A stretch of DNA of 64,000 bases. Source: Promethearchaeia archaeon (GTDB lineage Archaea; Asgardarchaeota; Lokiarchaeia; Sigyniarchaeales; SOKP01). The stretch spans positions 32,001-96,000 of the forward strand of contig JAHQWH010000155.1 in assembly GCA_029856105.1 (NCBI GenBank), in the 5' to 3' direction. A model generated the notes under the pieces. That model was not told the DNA's origin, made no database searches, and saw nothing but the letters and a program-made list of their open reading frames with translations. Each line of letters opens with the position of its first letter. Positions within the stretch are counted from its first letter, which is position 1. This document shows, piece by piece, positions 10,115-19,414 of this stretch. The translations under genes were made by a program, and so were the position numbers.

Positions 10115-11299
10115 TTAAACTGAATTTTTAGGTTTGATCAACCTTGAACGAACGATTAATAAAACAGATGCTATACCGATGATTGGTAAAAAAATCACAA
10201 TTAAAATCAATAAATCAGAATCAGGAAGGTTAAAATCGTCGTTCCACGGAAAATTTCCTTGAAATTGGTTGTTAACTTCTAAGTAATTATTACAAATAAA
10301 TTGCTCTACTGTTTTTCCCGTTACTTCGAGACTATAATTTGAAATATGAGATAAATTATCTTCGGTCGTGTGATGGTAAGGCCAAGCGGGGTTATCCCAA
10401 AAGTTAATGATTAAATCTGCTGAGGGAATTCCATAATTTACAAATGGCACGTGGTCATCAGTAATGGAATTGATTATTGGATCAGAAGGAAATTGGTAAG
10501 TATATCCTAATTCTCTACCAGTCTCAAATAATTCGTTCAATAACGAGGAGGTTGAGTGTTGTTCGTTAATAAATTTTAAATTTGCTCCTCCAACCATATC
10601 TAATAATATCATCGCATCAAAATGCTCTTCAGAAGAGTAATAGAAGTTTTCGATGTCTTGTACAAATTTTGTAGAACCTTCGCACCAGTCCCAACCTAAA
10701 ATTCCATGGCTATAATCATAACCTTGATCTTCCGCATCAAAAAACAAAAACCAAATTTGAACAGACAGATTTTGTCTTCTGTCACATAAAACTTTAGCAA
10801 GTTCTATTAAAACAGCGCTACCACTTGCACCATCGTTGGCTCCTGGAACGGGTGAGTTCTGATTTACGCTATCCTTTGTGGCTCTGGCCCTTGAGTCGTA
10901 ATGAGCGCTTAAAATCAAAATATGTGTATAGTTTTCGTTCATTTTAAACAACACATTTTGGCAGTCTACCGAGTGAATTGTAAAGTTATGCAGTGTGTAG
11001 TTGATCGAAGGATCGATTTCTTGAAATTTTGAGACGAAGTATTTCGCACAATCTTCCCTACCTTGAGTTCCCGGCGTTCTATAATGCGTTGTATTAATAT
11101 TTAACTGATCTTCTACATATGTATACGCATTATCACCGTTAAAATATAAATCAACATCTAAATTTGTGAATGTTTTACTATTCGATAAGAAAATAATTGA
11201 GATAGTAATCGGTATTACCACGATTAGCACAATCGATATAATTAAGATTATTTTGTGAGATTTTTTTATATGGATCCACCGATGATAAGATACATTCAA
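10115..11299 (-). CDS. M28 family peptidase (glutaminyl cyclase-like), membrane anchored at both ends
   Basis: SAHYDSR, GANDGASG, FFDAED, LLDMVG, DDHVPF, YHHT; hydrophobic N- and C-terminal segments. Start uncertain. Confidence 0.88.
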   Translation of the reverse strand: MNVSYHRWIHIKKSHKIILIISIVLIVVIPITISIIFLSNSKTFTNLDVDLYFNGDNAYTYVEDQLNINTTHYRTPGTQGREDCAKYFVSKFQEIDPSINYTLHNFTIHSVDCQNVLFKMNENYTHILILSAHYDSRARATKDSVNQNSPVPGANDGASGSAVLIELAKVLCDRRQNLSVQIWFLFFDAEDQGYDYSHGILGWDWCEGSTKFVQDIENFYYSSEEHFDAMILLDMVGGANLKFINEQHSTSSLLNELFETGRELGYTYQFPSDPIINSITDDHVPFVNYGIPSADLIINFWDNPAWPYHHTTEDNLSHISNYSLEVTGKTVEQFICNNYLEVNNQFQGNFPWNDDFNLPDSDLLILIVIFLPIIGIASVLLIVRSRLIKPKNSV

Positions 11300-11351
11300 A
11301 TGACTTTATATTATTAATAAAAATTAAAAATAAAAAATATATTTATTTAGT

Positions 11352-11774
11352 TTAGAGTGGTTCAAAACCTAAATCTATTTTTGTTTCGCCTTTTATTTCC
11401 GTCTCCAAAAATGTAGATTTTACGGGCATACCTACGCTAATTGTTTCTGGTTTACTTTCATCCACACCTACTAATTGACCACTAACCATTGGTCCTTCGT
11501 CGAGCTTAATAACCGAGAAACAATAAGGTTTATTTCTACCATAACCTTTCTCTACAAAAAAAGGAGTACCTACAGTAATGCTTGTAAAGGCAGCAATTTT
11601 ACCTTTTCCTGACATCTCAACCCATTCCATATTAGTTGAATTACATTTCGTGCATAATCTTCTAACAGGAACATATTGCTCGCCACAATCTTTGCATTTT
11701 GAACCCATTAACTTTTTATTACGAATATAATCCAAATAACTTTCTATTGTAAAATCTTTATCTGCTTCTGTCAT
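11352..11774 (-). CDS. DUF35 Zn-ribbon/OB-fold protein (thiolase partner)
   Basis: CKDC...CTKC plus OB fold; follows the thiolase; ATG at 11774 after SD GAGGTGA. Confidence 0.9.
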   Translation of the reverse strand: MTEADKDFTIESYLDYIRNKKLMGSKCKDCGEQYVPVRRLCTKCNSTNMEWVEMSGKGKIAAFTSITVGTPFFVEKGYGRNKPYCFSVIKLDEGPMVSGQLVGVDESKPETISVGMPVKSTFLETEIKGETKIDLGFEPL

Positions 11775-11788
11775 TTTTCTTTTCACCT

Positions 11789-13048
11789 CTATTTTTCATA
11801 AATATGAACCACGCATGTACCACCAGATCCACCTAAATTATGTGTCATAGCTCTTTCAACATCAAATTTTACTTGTCTGTTTCTCTCAGCAATGCCTCGC
11901 ATCTGCTTAAAAGTTTCTACAGCATGAGCCGCCCCAGTAGCGCCTACTGGATGCCCTTTTGACTTAAGTCCCCCAGAAGTGTTAATTGGGAGCCTTCCAT
12001 CTAGTTTAGTTTCTCCATTTTTTATAGCTTCAACAGCTTTACCTTTCTCGTAAAATCCTAAATCCTCCATCGCGAGTATCTCTGCAATCGTGAAACAATC
12101 GTGTACCTCACAGATTTGAATATCTTTTGGTTTCAGACCGGACATTTCGTAGGCTTGCCTTGCTGCTTCTCTTGTAGCTATAAAACTCGTTAGACTATCT
12201 CTATCATGTAATGATAAGGCAGCACTTCCTTGACCAGTACCAGTTATCCAAATTGGAGTATCAGTAAATTTTTTTGCTACATCGCCAGCCACTAGAAATA
12301 GACATGCCGCACCATCTGTAATCAATGAACAATCAAATAATCTTAAAGGAGATGCTATGAATGGGTTCGAAGAACTTTTAAGAAAATCAAATTCATCTTT
12401 CCAATCGGGAACATCTCTACCTTGTTCTTTATATCTAACTATTTTACTAGCCATCATTTCTTTTATCGATTGTTGCATTTGAGCAAAGGGGTTCTCCTTC
12501 CCATTTTCATGGTTTTTTATTCCAACTCTCATCAAATCTTCCGCCGTAGTCCCATATTTATGGAAATGTGCCGAAGCAATTGCCGCATAAAGCCCTGGAA
12601 ATGTTGCCCCCGCGGGATATTCGAAAATAGAATCGGAAGCTGTGGCTAAAGTGTCGGTGACTAAAGTTGTTGATACTTCCGTCATACATTCTACCCCGCC
12701 TACTGCAATTACATCATGTACGCCTGAAGCAATAGCAATAACCGCTTGTCTTAAGGCAATGCCGCTACTAGCGCACGCACCTTCAAATCTAGGTGCAGGT
12801 TTTGGAGTTAGTCCGACCAAATTTGCCATCTGAGGACCTAAATGTCCTTGGTGGTTAAATAAATCTGAGGAATAATTACCGATATAGCACGCGTCAATAT
12901 CTTTCGGTTCAATACCATTATCTACTGTTTTGACAGCATTTAACCACGCTTCAACCCACATGTCGGGATTTCTTTGAAGTGGGAAATTTCTACCAAATTT
13001 ACACATCCCAGCACCAACAAGTGCGACTTTCCTTGCTAATTTTCCCAT
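11789..13048 (-). CDS. Thiolase (SCP2/archaeal type)
   Basis: EGACASS, EVHDCF, NTSGGLKSKGHPVGATG. Confidence 0.93.
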   Translation of the reverse strand: MGKLARKVALVGAGMCKFGRNFPLQRNPDMWVEAWLNAVKTVDNGIEPKDIDACYIGNYSSDLFNHQGHLGPQMANLVGLTPKPAPRFEGACASSGIALRQAVIAIASGVHDVIAVGGVECMTEVSTTLVTDTLATASDSIFEYPAGATFPGLYAAIASAHFHKYGTTAEDLMRVGIKNHENGKENPFAQMQQSIKEMMASKIVRYKEQGRDVPDWKDEFDFLKSSSNPFIASPLRLFDCSLITDGAACLFLVAGDVAKKFTDTPIWITGTGQGSAALSLHDRDSLTSFIATREAARQAYEMSGLKPKDIQICEVHDCFTIAEILAMEDLGFYEKGKAVEAIKNGETKLDGRLPINTSGGLKSKGHPVGATGAAHAVETFKQMRGIAERNRQVKFDVERAMTHNLGGSGGTCVVHIYEK

Positions 13049-13233
13049 TTTTTAAACCTCTAATTGATTTTTATATTAAATTTTAAATTTTTAAAACTAA
13101 TAGATTGAATTTTCGACTTATTTTATTTCTTATTCTTTGGTTTTTATCTAAATTCAATAAAATTATTATTGCATATAATTTTTTTTTATATTTTTAGTCA
13201 ATATTTTTAGCTACCATTTCATTAAATGAGATT

Positions 13234-13677
13234 ATGAATAATTCAAAATTAGAGCCAGTTAAATTTGATGATTATAAGGTAGGTGATTCTGCGAAATTCA
13301 CAAAAACGATCACTGAAGAAGATGTTATGAAATTTGCAGAAGTTTCTGGTGATTACAACCCTATACACGTGAATCCAGAATATGCAAAGACTCAAATGTT
13401 TGGTAAACAAGTCGCTCATGGAGTTATCAGCGTGGGTTTAATTTCAGCATCACTAGGCGTAGAATTATTTGGCCCAGGTATACTTTATGGTGAACAAACC
13501 GTTAGATTCATTAATCCCGTATTTTTTGGAGATGTTCTAACCGCTGTAGCAACAGTAAAGGAAAAATTTACCAAAAAAGACGGTAAGTTAAAGTTTATTC
13601 GATGTGATACTAAGGTTTATAATCAAAACGACGAAATTGTAACCGATGGTGAAGCTGTCGTTTTACTCTTGAATTAA
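13234..13677 (+). CDS. MaoC-family (R)-enoyl-CoA hydratase
   Basis: FAEVSGDYNPIH...AHG; PVFFGD. Confidence 0.92.
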   Translation: MNNSKLEPVKFDDYKVGDSAKFTKTITEEDVMKFAEVSGDYNPIHVNPEYAKTQMFGKQVAHGVISVGLISASLGVELFGPGILYGEQTVRFINPVFFGDVLTAVATVKEKFTKKDGKLKFIRCDTKVYNQNDEIVTDGEAVVLLLN

Positions 13678-13844
13678 TTATCTTTTTATTATTATTAACT
13701 TAAGTGAAACATTTTAATCATCTTGTTTCATCTCTTTTTTTATTTTTTTAATGAATAAACACAAAAGTAAACAAGAACAAATTTAAATATTTGAAGAATA
13801 TAACTTTATTAATAACTACAGTGGTTAAGAAAAGAGAACATAAA

Positions 13845-15014
13845 ATGGAACATGAAGATAAAAATTATTGTAAAATAAAATGCAACCACTGTGGATATGT
13901 TTTTGTACCGCCTTATCAAGATGATTGTACCTGTAGAAATTGTAATCTTTTTTCGATAAAACTTTTTCGTTTTATATATGGGAAGAACAATTTTGTTAAT
14001 AAAGTAGAATCTAAAGAAGTTAAAAGCATATCGAGTAAAAATATTAAAGGAGCCGAAGAGAAAAAGATTTCAAAGATTGCTAAGAGCCTATATTTTTACG
14101 GAATTGTTTCAAAAGAGAGAATTCCTATATTTTATAACGATAAAAAATGGAAGTATTTTTTAGAGTTAACAAATAATTTAGATTATGTTTCTACGAGAAC
14201 TTTATCTGGAACGCTTGACAAAATGTTGATAATTATAGGAAACGAGGGCGAAGTAGAAGAAAATAAGTTAATCGCTCGTTTTTTTGAGAAAAATGGAGTC
14301 ATACACATTCTCATAGGAAATTTTTCAGATAAAGACAGCTATTGGATATTTAATCAGGTTTCAATGTTTTTCAACGATATAGTACAAAAGGATAAAATCA
14401 ATATTAAAAAATTGACGAAAAATGAAAAACGTGAGATTTCATTTAAAATGAATATATTCTTAAATAATATAGAAGAAGCAGTCGATTTAAAAGTTAAATT
14501 CGAGAAACCAAATTTTATTTATATAGATAATTGGCTCAGACTGCATTATTTTGGATTATCATCTGAATCGGTTGGTGTTATTTCACTTCTTTTAGATAAA
14601 GAGAATATTCTAAAATTTGGAGAGCAAAAACACTTTGAGCCTGATTCTGAAAACGATATTTCTCGATTAGTTAAAAAAATTATTGATTTTGGAGAATCAG
14701 TCTTAACTGCAAAAATTGAAGCGATTTTAGTAAGTATTCTTGCAAACATGAAAGGTTATCCAAGATGGATTTCAGTAAAATCAGGTTTCCAAAAATATCG
14801 TTTTTTTTCGATTAAAAAACTCGAAAATCAGTTCTATTTATATTGTATTACAGAAGGTAATATAGAAAATCTGGAATCGTTGGAATCATTTCTTTATATG
14901 TATTTAAAAGATGGAGTATCGAATAAATTTACCAGTTCACTAAAGATTTTTAATGAAATAAAAAATAAAATTCAAGGCATTATAGAAACTATTCCAGAAA
15001 GAAAGTTTTATTAA
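13845..15014 (+). CDS. Hypothetical protein with N-terminal Zn ribbon
   Basis: CNHC...CRNC at N-terminus; long ORF; ATG at 13845. Confidence 0.7.
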   Translation: MEHEDKNYCKIKCNHCGYVFVPPYQDDCTCRNCNLFSIKLFRFIYGKNNFVNKVESKEVKSISSKNIKGAEEKKISKIAKSLYFYGIVSKERIPIFYNDKKWKYFLELTNNLDYVSTRTLSGTLDKMLIIIGNEGEVEENKLIARFFEKNGVIHILIGNFSDKDSYWIFNQVSMFFNDIVQKDKINIKKLTKNEKREISFKMNIFLNNIEEAVDLKVKFEKPNFIYIDNWLRLHYFGLSSESVGVISLLLDKENILKFGEQKHFEPDSENDISRLVKKIIDFGESVLTAKIEAILVSILANMKGYPRWISVKSGFQKYRFFSIKKLENQFYLYCITEGNIENLESLESFLYMYLKDGVSNKFTSSLKIFNEIKNKIQGIIETIPERKFY

Positions 15015-15151
15015 AACTCATGCTTATATTTTTCTCTATTTCTAAAATTACTAGTTCTTTATTTTATACTCTTGCGCATCCTTTCTTGAAATTTTTCTTA
15101 TTTAAAAAAGAATTAGAAAAGAATAAAAAGTAGAACTCTCTACTTATTAAT

Positions 15152-15418
15152 ATGGCAAATGTAAAATTAAATAATAAAAGCCTATTAGAGAAATTACAAG
15201 CAAAAGTCACTCTAAAATTAGGAAAAAAAATCTCTCAACAAGAGATATTAGATAATAGTATTGAATTTGCGTATAACCGACTTGACGAATTCATTTCTGA
15301 AAAGATTGATCATCCTCCAATCACTGACGATTTAATTAAGAAGATAAAAGAAAATGCAATTGATGCGCCTTTAATGCATCCGGAAAAATCTGATGACGAA
15401 TTAATATACGGGTTATGA
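15152..15418 (+). CDS. Putative VapB-type antitoxin
   Basis: 88 aa directly upstream of a PIN gene, ending DELIYG. Confidence 0.65.
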   Translation: MANVKLNNKSLLEKLQAKVTLKLGKKISQQEILDNSIEFAYNRLDEFISEKIDHPPITDDLIKKIKENAIDAPLMHPEKSDDELIYGL

Positions 15419-15449
15419 AAAAAGAATTAAGACATTTATAGGGTAAACA

Positions 15450-15866
15450 ATGACAATCATAATTGATTCAAATTATTTATTTGCTTTAAAATCGAAAAAA
15501 GATAGAAATCACAAAAGAGCATTTGAATTATTCAAAGAACTTAAAAAAGATTCTATAAAACCATTAATTACCAATAATTTAGTCGTAAGTGAAATCTTTA
15601 CTTTAACCAATTCAAGATATAAAGGAAATATTTATTATTTAGATAAATATTATGAATTAATTTGGGGGCAAGAAAATTTTTTCAAGATTATTCAATTAAA
15701 ATCTGAAGAATTTAAAGATGTTTATAAAATATTAAAAAAATATACAACTCCTAAACGGTTATTAAGTTTTGTGGATGCTTCTTTAATATTTTTATATAAA
15801 AAATTCAATGCTAAAGCAATTTTATCCTTTGATAATCATTTCGATGGGATTATTTTACGATTATAG
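15450..15866 (+). CDS. vapC: VapC PIN-domain toxin
   Basis: IIDSN, VVSE, LSFVDAS, SFDNHF. Confidence 0.9.
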   Translation: MTIIIDSNYLFALKSKKDRNHKRAFELFKELKKDSIKPLITNNLVVSEIFTLTNSRYKGNIYYLDKYYELIWGQENFFKIIQLKSEEFKDVYKILKKYTTPKRLLSFVDASLIFLYKKFNAKAILSFDNHFDGIILRL

Positions 15867-15887
15867 TTTTATATGTTCTTTCATATC

Positions 15888-16232
15888 TTAAAGATTTTGT
15901 AAAGCATTGGTATATCCTTCACTTTTTTTCGCCCAATCTATTAATCTAATACATGGGAATTCTTTACACTCATAACAAAATTCTAATTTCTTTTTAAATA
16001 CACAACAATCCCGAATCCAACACTCTTTTGTCCAACATTTTGTTAGATCCCCTCTACAAGTGCTACAATGGAAATCTGTGGTTTTTACATCGTCCCACAT
16101 GCCATCAAATCGTTTAACTAATTTTTTAGCAATTACGGGATTACTTGGAGCAAGATAAATGTCACATTCACCGCAATTCAGACCACATATAGCTATTAGT
16201 TTAAAAGTTTTATCAATTTTTTTACTATTCAT
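15888..16232 (-). CDS. DUF3795-family Cys-rich protein
   Basis: CGLNCGEC, CSTC, CWIRDC, FCYECKEFPC. Confidence 0.85.
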   Translation of the reverse strand: MNSKKIDKTFKLIAICGLNCGECDIYLAPSNPVIAKKLVKRFDGMWDDVKTTDFHCSTCRGDLTKCWTKECWIRDCCVFKKKLEFCYECKEFPCIRLIDWAKKSEGYTNALQNL

Positions 16233-16290
16233 AGTATTTATCACTTTCTGTGTATTATAAAAGAGAAACATTATGAAAAATTATTTTGAT

Positions 16291-17451
16291 TTATATCCTA
16301 TACCAATACGATTGAATTCTAATATTATCATTATCAATAATATCTATGTTAGCAGTCCATTTGTAAATTTTTAACCATAATTTTCCTGGAAATGGATGCC
16401 ATCCTTTAATTGGTTGAATGTTAAGTGAAATTATATCACCTACACGATTTATATAATATTCTCCTGCAAAAATTCCCTTTTTATCATCAATACAACAAGA
16501 GAATTTACCTTTAATTTTCATATTACTTTTTAGGGTAATTAAATTAGGAATTGCGGGAGAGAATTCAAAAGAAATCGTATGACCTACTTCATTCTTTCCA
16601 GAAATCTTTTCTATCTCGTAAAAACCTTCATTGTTAAAAATTTCATAAGTTAAATTTTCGTTAATTACATTTAAATTAGACGAATTTATAAGCATTGGAT
16701 TTAAGTTTCCACTAAAAGAATTATTCCAATTTCCAATAATCGGTTCTAAGGAGTAGTGTGCTGAATAAAAATTCATACCGTTCATTCGAACTGGCATTTC
16801 AACTGGTTTCCTTAAAAATCCATGAATTTTTATAATAATTTCAGTATCTTTTTTGATTACCATACCAAACTCGTTGAGATATACTATTGGAAAATACTGT
16901 GGCTTTTTACTAGCGGTAACGATTGGAGTTAACATCGCAGTTAATTCTCTTCCAGGCGTATTTTCCTTAATTTTTAATTCGATGTCTTTTTCTAACTTGT
17001 CTTTCAAAAATAGATAAGCATCTAAACCCATATCATCTGTTTGAAATCTAAAATCGATTACTTCAAGTTGGTTAAACGAAACATTTGTCCCCATGTCCTC
17101 GAATAATTTCTTCCTAAACTCGATAATTGCTTCATTTGTATAATAGATGTCCATCAAGTCATCTTTTCTATACATGATTACCATAGGCAATTTTTCACCA
17201 GCTATACGAAAAATCTGGAGTTCAATTGCATAGTAAATAGGGTCTTCTTCGAAATTAATTAGCATTAAACGATCTATATGATCAGTAGTTATGTTAAATG
17301 GTGAATAAATCATATTTTTAGGCGTAGATTCGTAAATTTTTAGCGAATTATTTTTTTTACCAAGGTATTTGTGGTGATCTATAACGATATCTTTTATCTT
17401 CACATTATTCCGCTTTAAAAATGTTGACAATAATCTCTTTATAACGCCCAT
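16291..17451 (-). CDS. Hypothetical protein
   Basis: 386-aa ORF 17 bp downstream of cobO; no motif recognised. Confidence 0.7.
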   Translation of the reverse strand: MGVIKRLLSTFLKRNNVKIKDIVIDHHKYLGKKNNSLKIYESTPKNMIYSPFNITTDHIDRLMLINFEEDPIYYAIELQIFRIAGEKLPMVIMYRKDDLMDIYYTNEAIIEFRKKLFEDMGTNVSFNQLEVIDFRFQTDDMGLDAYLFLKDKLEKDIELKIKENTPGRELTAMLTPIVTASKKPQYFPIVYLNEFGMVIKKDTEIIIKIHGFLRKPVEMPVRMNGMNFYSAHYSLEPIIGNWNNSFSGNLNPMLINSSNLNVINENLTYEIFNNEGFYEIEKISGKNEVGHTISFEFSPAIPNLITLKSNMKIKGKFSCCIDDKKGIFAGEYYINRVGDIISLNIQPIKGWHPFPGKLWLKIYKWTANIDIIDNDNIRIQSYWYRI

Positions 17452-17468
17452 TATTATTTCTTCTTTTC

Positions 17469-18037
17469 TTAATATTCAATACCAAGACGAGCTTTAATCC
17501 CTTTTGAAGAGTAGTAATGTTTAATCATTCTCATTTCAGTGAGTAAATCTGCACGCTCTTTAATTTTAGGATGCATCTTAGGTCCACCAGTTATAATTAA
17601 TTCAACTTTTTCAGGTTTATTATCAATCAATTTTAATACTTCGTCAAGTTTTACGATTCCATATTCGACAGCAACACCAATTTCGTCAAGAATAACGACA
17701 TCGTATTCGTCGCCCATAATCACCTTCTCTGCAAACTTCACGCCTTTTTTTCCTTCTTCAAAGTCAATTTCTCCAGGAGTTGCGATTAAATCTGGCGTTC
17801 CAAACTGTTTCAATTCGAAATTTGGAACCCCTTTTACAGCCGTAACTTCCCCATATTGAGGGTATCCTTTCATAAATTGAATCATATATACTTTATATCC
17901 ATGACCCGTAGCCCGAAAGCCTTGTCCTAAAGCCGCAGTGGTCTTGCCTATAGGCATTACTATTTTTTTATAGCAATTTTACCCCGACCAAAATAAACTT
18001 GTACAAGGCCAACATTTAATCTTTTTCTTTCGACCAT
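17469..18037 (-). CDS. cobO: Cob(I)yrinic acid a,c-diamide/cob(I)alamin adenosyltransferase (CobO/BtuR), two exons (18037-17979 and 17949-17469)
   Basis: Joined exons give 179 aa: MVERKRLNVGLVQVYFGRGKGKTTAALG...IQFMKG...YDVVILDE...ELIITG...ADLLTEM..IKH...ARLGIEY. Confidence 0.9.
17950..17978 (-). other. Candidate 29-nt bulge-helix-bulge intron in cobO mRNA
   Basis: mRNA GGGU-AA^A-AUUGCUAU-AAAAAA-AUAGUAAU-GCCU-AU^A-GGC: 4-bp central helix, two 3-nt bulges, 8-bp intron stem. Removal restores GKGKTT. Confidence 0.78.
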
Positions 18038-18222
18038 AATTATCAAGTTCCTTTAATTAATCTATAAAAATAAACTTGCACAAATCCTTAGTTTAATCTT
18101 TTTTAAATAATAAACAACCTTTTATTTTTTACATTAGAATATATTTTATACCATTAAGATATTCTTTAACTAGTTGTTTTGATAATTTTCAATATTAAGA
18201 TTAATGTAAAAAAATTAAGGGA

Positions 18223-19353
18223 ATGATTATGAGTTTAAACAACGAAAACATAGACCTGTATCGAAAATTACAGGAGCATCTTGATAAAATGCCATTAGGC
18301 TTTCCTTCAACAAAATCAGGATCTGATATTAAGTTATTAAAACGTCTATTCGCGCCCCAAGAAGCTAAAATTGCTACATTTTTAAAGTTTGGATGGGAGA
18401 GAGACCTTGAACCTTTATATACCATTTACGAACGTGCGAAAGAGACTGGAATCTCAAAAGAAGAATTAGAACAAGCTTTAGATAAAATGGTTCAAAAAGG
18501 ACTTCTTATGTTTAAAAGGAAGGCAGAAGAGAAATATTACGGTAATGCTTTACTCATGATTGGAATGTTTGAGTTCCAAGTAAACAAGCTCACAAAGGAA
18601 TTTATAGAAGATTTTCACGATTATTTTGGTAAAAAATGGCTTGCGGAAACTATAAAAGTGAAGGGTGCTCAATTACGGGTAATTCCAGTTGAGCAAAGTA
18701 TAGAATCCGGTCATAATGTTAGTACTTACGATGATGTCATAAAGCTTCTTGATACAACCGATGGACCATACATGGTAACTAATTGTCTTTGCAGGCAAAT
18801 AAAGGACATCTTAGAACAACCTTGTAAAGCGACTTCTAGGAGAGAATTATGTTTAGCTTTTGGATTTGCAGCAGAACTATATATAGAACAAGGATGGGGG
18901 CGTTCTATAAGTAAAGATGAAGTTCTTGAAATTCTACGAAAAAATGAGGAAGAAGGATTAGTGCTTCAACCTGACAACTCACAAAATTTAACAGTTATTT
19001 GTAGCTGCTGTAGTTGCTGTTGTGAAGGCTTATCAAAAATTAAATTATTACCAAATCCCGGAGATTTTACAATAACTAACTTTTACGCTGATGTGGAACC
19101 TGATCTATGCTCAGGTTGTGGAACTTGCGTTGAGATTTGCCCAATGGAGGCAATAACGCTCATTGATGATATATCCTCGATCGAGCGGAAACGTTGTATA
19201 GGATGTGGAAATTGTGTTATTAAATGTCCCTCTGAAGCAATTAAACTCCATAAAAGAAAAAGACAATTTATTCCATATCCGACAATGGATGATTTATTCG
19301 ATAAAATAATGGAAAGAAAAGTAAAACTTAAAGAAAAAGCTTTAGAAAGATAA
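18223..19353 (+). CDS. 4Fe-4S dicluster-domain protein
   Basis: CLCR, CSCCSCCC and two CxxCxxCxxxCP motifs. Confidence 0.88.
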   Translation: MIMSLNNENIDLYRKLQEHLDKMPLGFPSTKSGSDIKLLKRLFAPQEAKIATFLKFGWERDLEPLYTIYERAKETGISKEELEQALDKMVQKGLLMFKRKAEEKYYGNALLMIGMFEFQVNKLTKEFIEDFHDYFGKKWLAETIKVKGAQLRVIPVEQSIESGHNVSTYDDVIKLLDTTDGPYMVTNCLCRQIKDILEQPCKATSRRELCLAFGFAAELYIEQGWGRSISKDEVLEILRKNEEEGLVLQPDNSQNLTVICSCCSCCCEGLSKIKLLPNPGDFTITNFYADVEPDLCSGCGTCVEICPMEAITLIDDISSIERKRCIGCGNCVIKCPSEAIKLHKRKRQFIPYPTMDDLFDKIMERKVKLKEKALER

Positions 19354-19414
19354 GTAATTTTATATAAAATAAAATTTCTATGTTTTCTTAAAAATATTTA
19401 AGTTCAATTATTTT

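Noticed and set aside
12361-12480. About 25-aa insertion in the thiolase as a second, in-frame intron
   Set aside because: No BHB or hairpin seen, no stops, and normal protein-like composition.
15152-15866. vapBC as part of a mobile element
   Set aside because: No flanking repeats, transposase or integrase seen.
17469-17957. ORF-track 162-aa cobO starting MPIGKTT as the complete gene
   Set aside because: It lacks the conserved GLVQVYxGxGK half of the P-loop, which is encoded just upstream in another frame with its own ATG.
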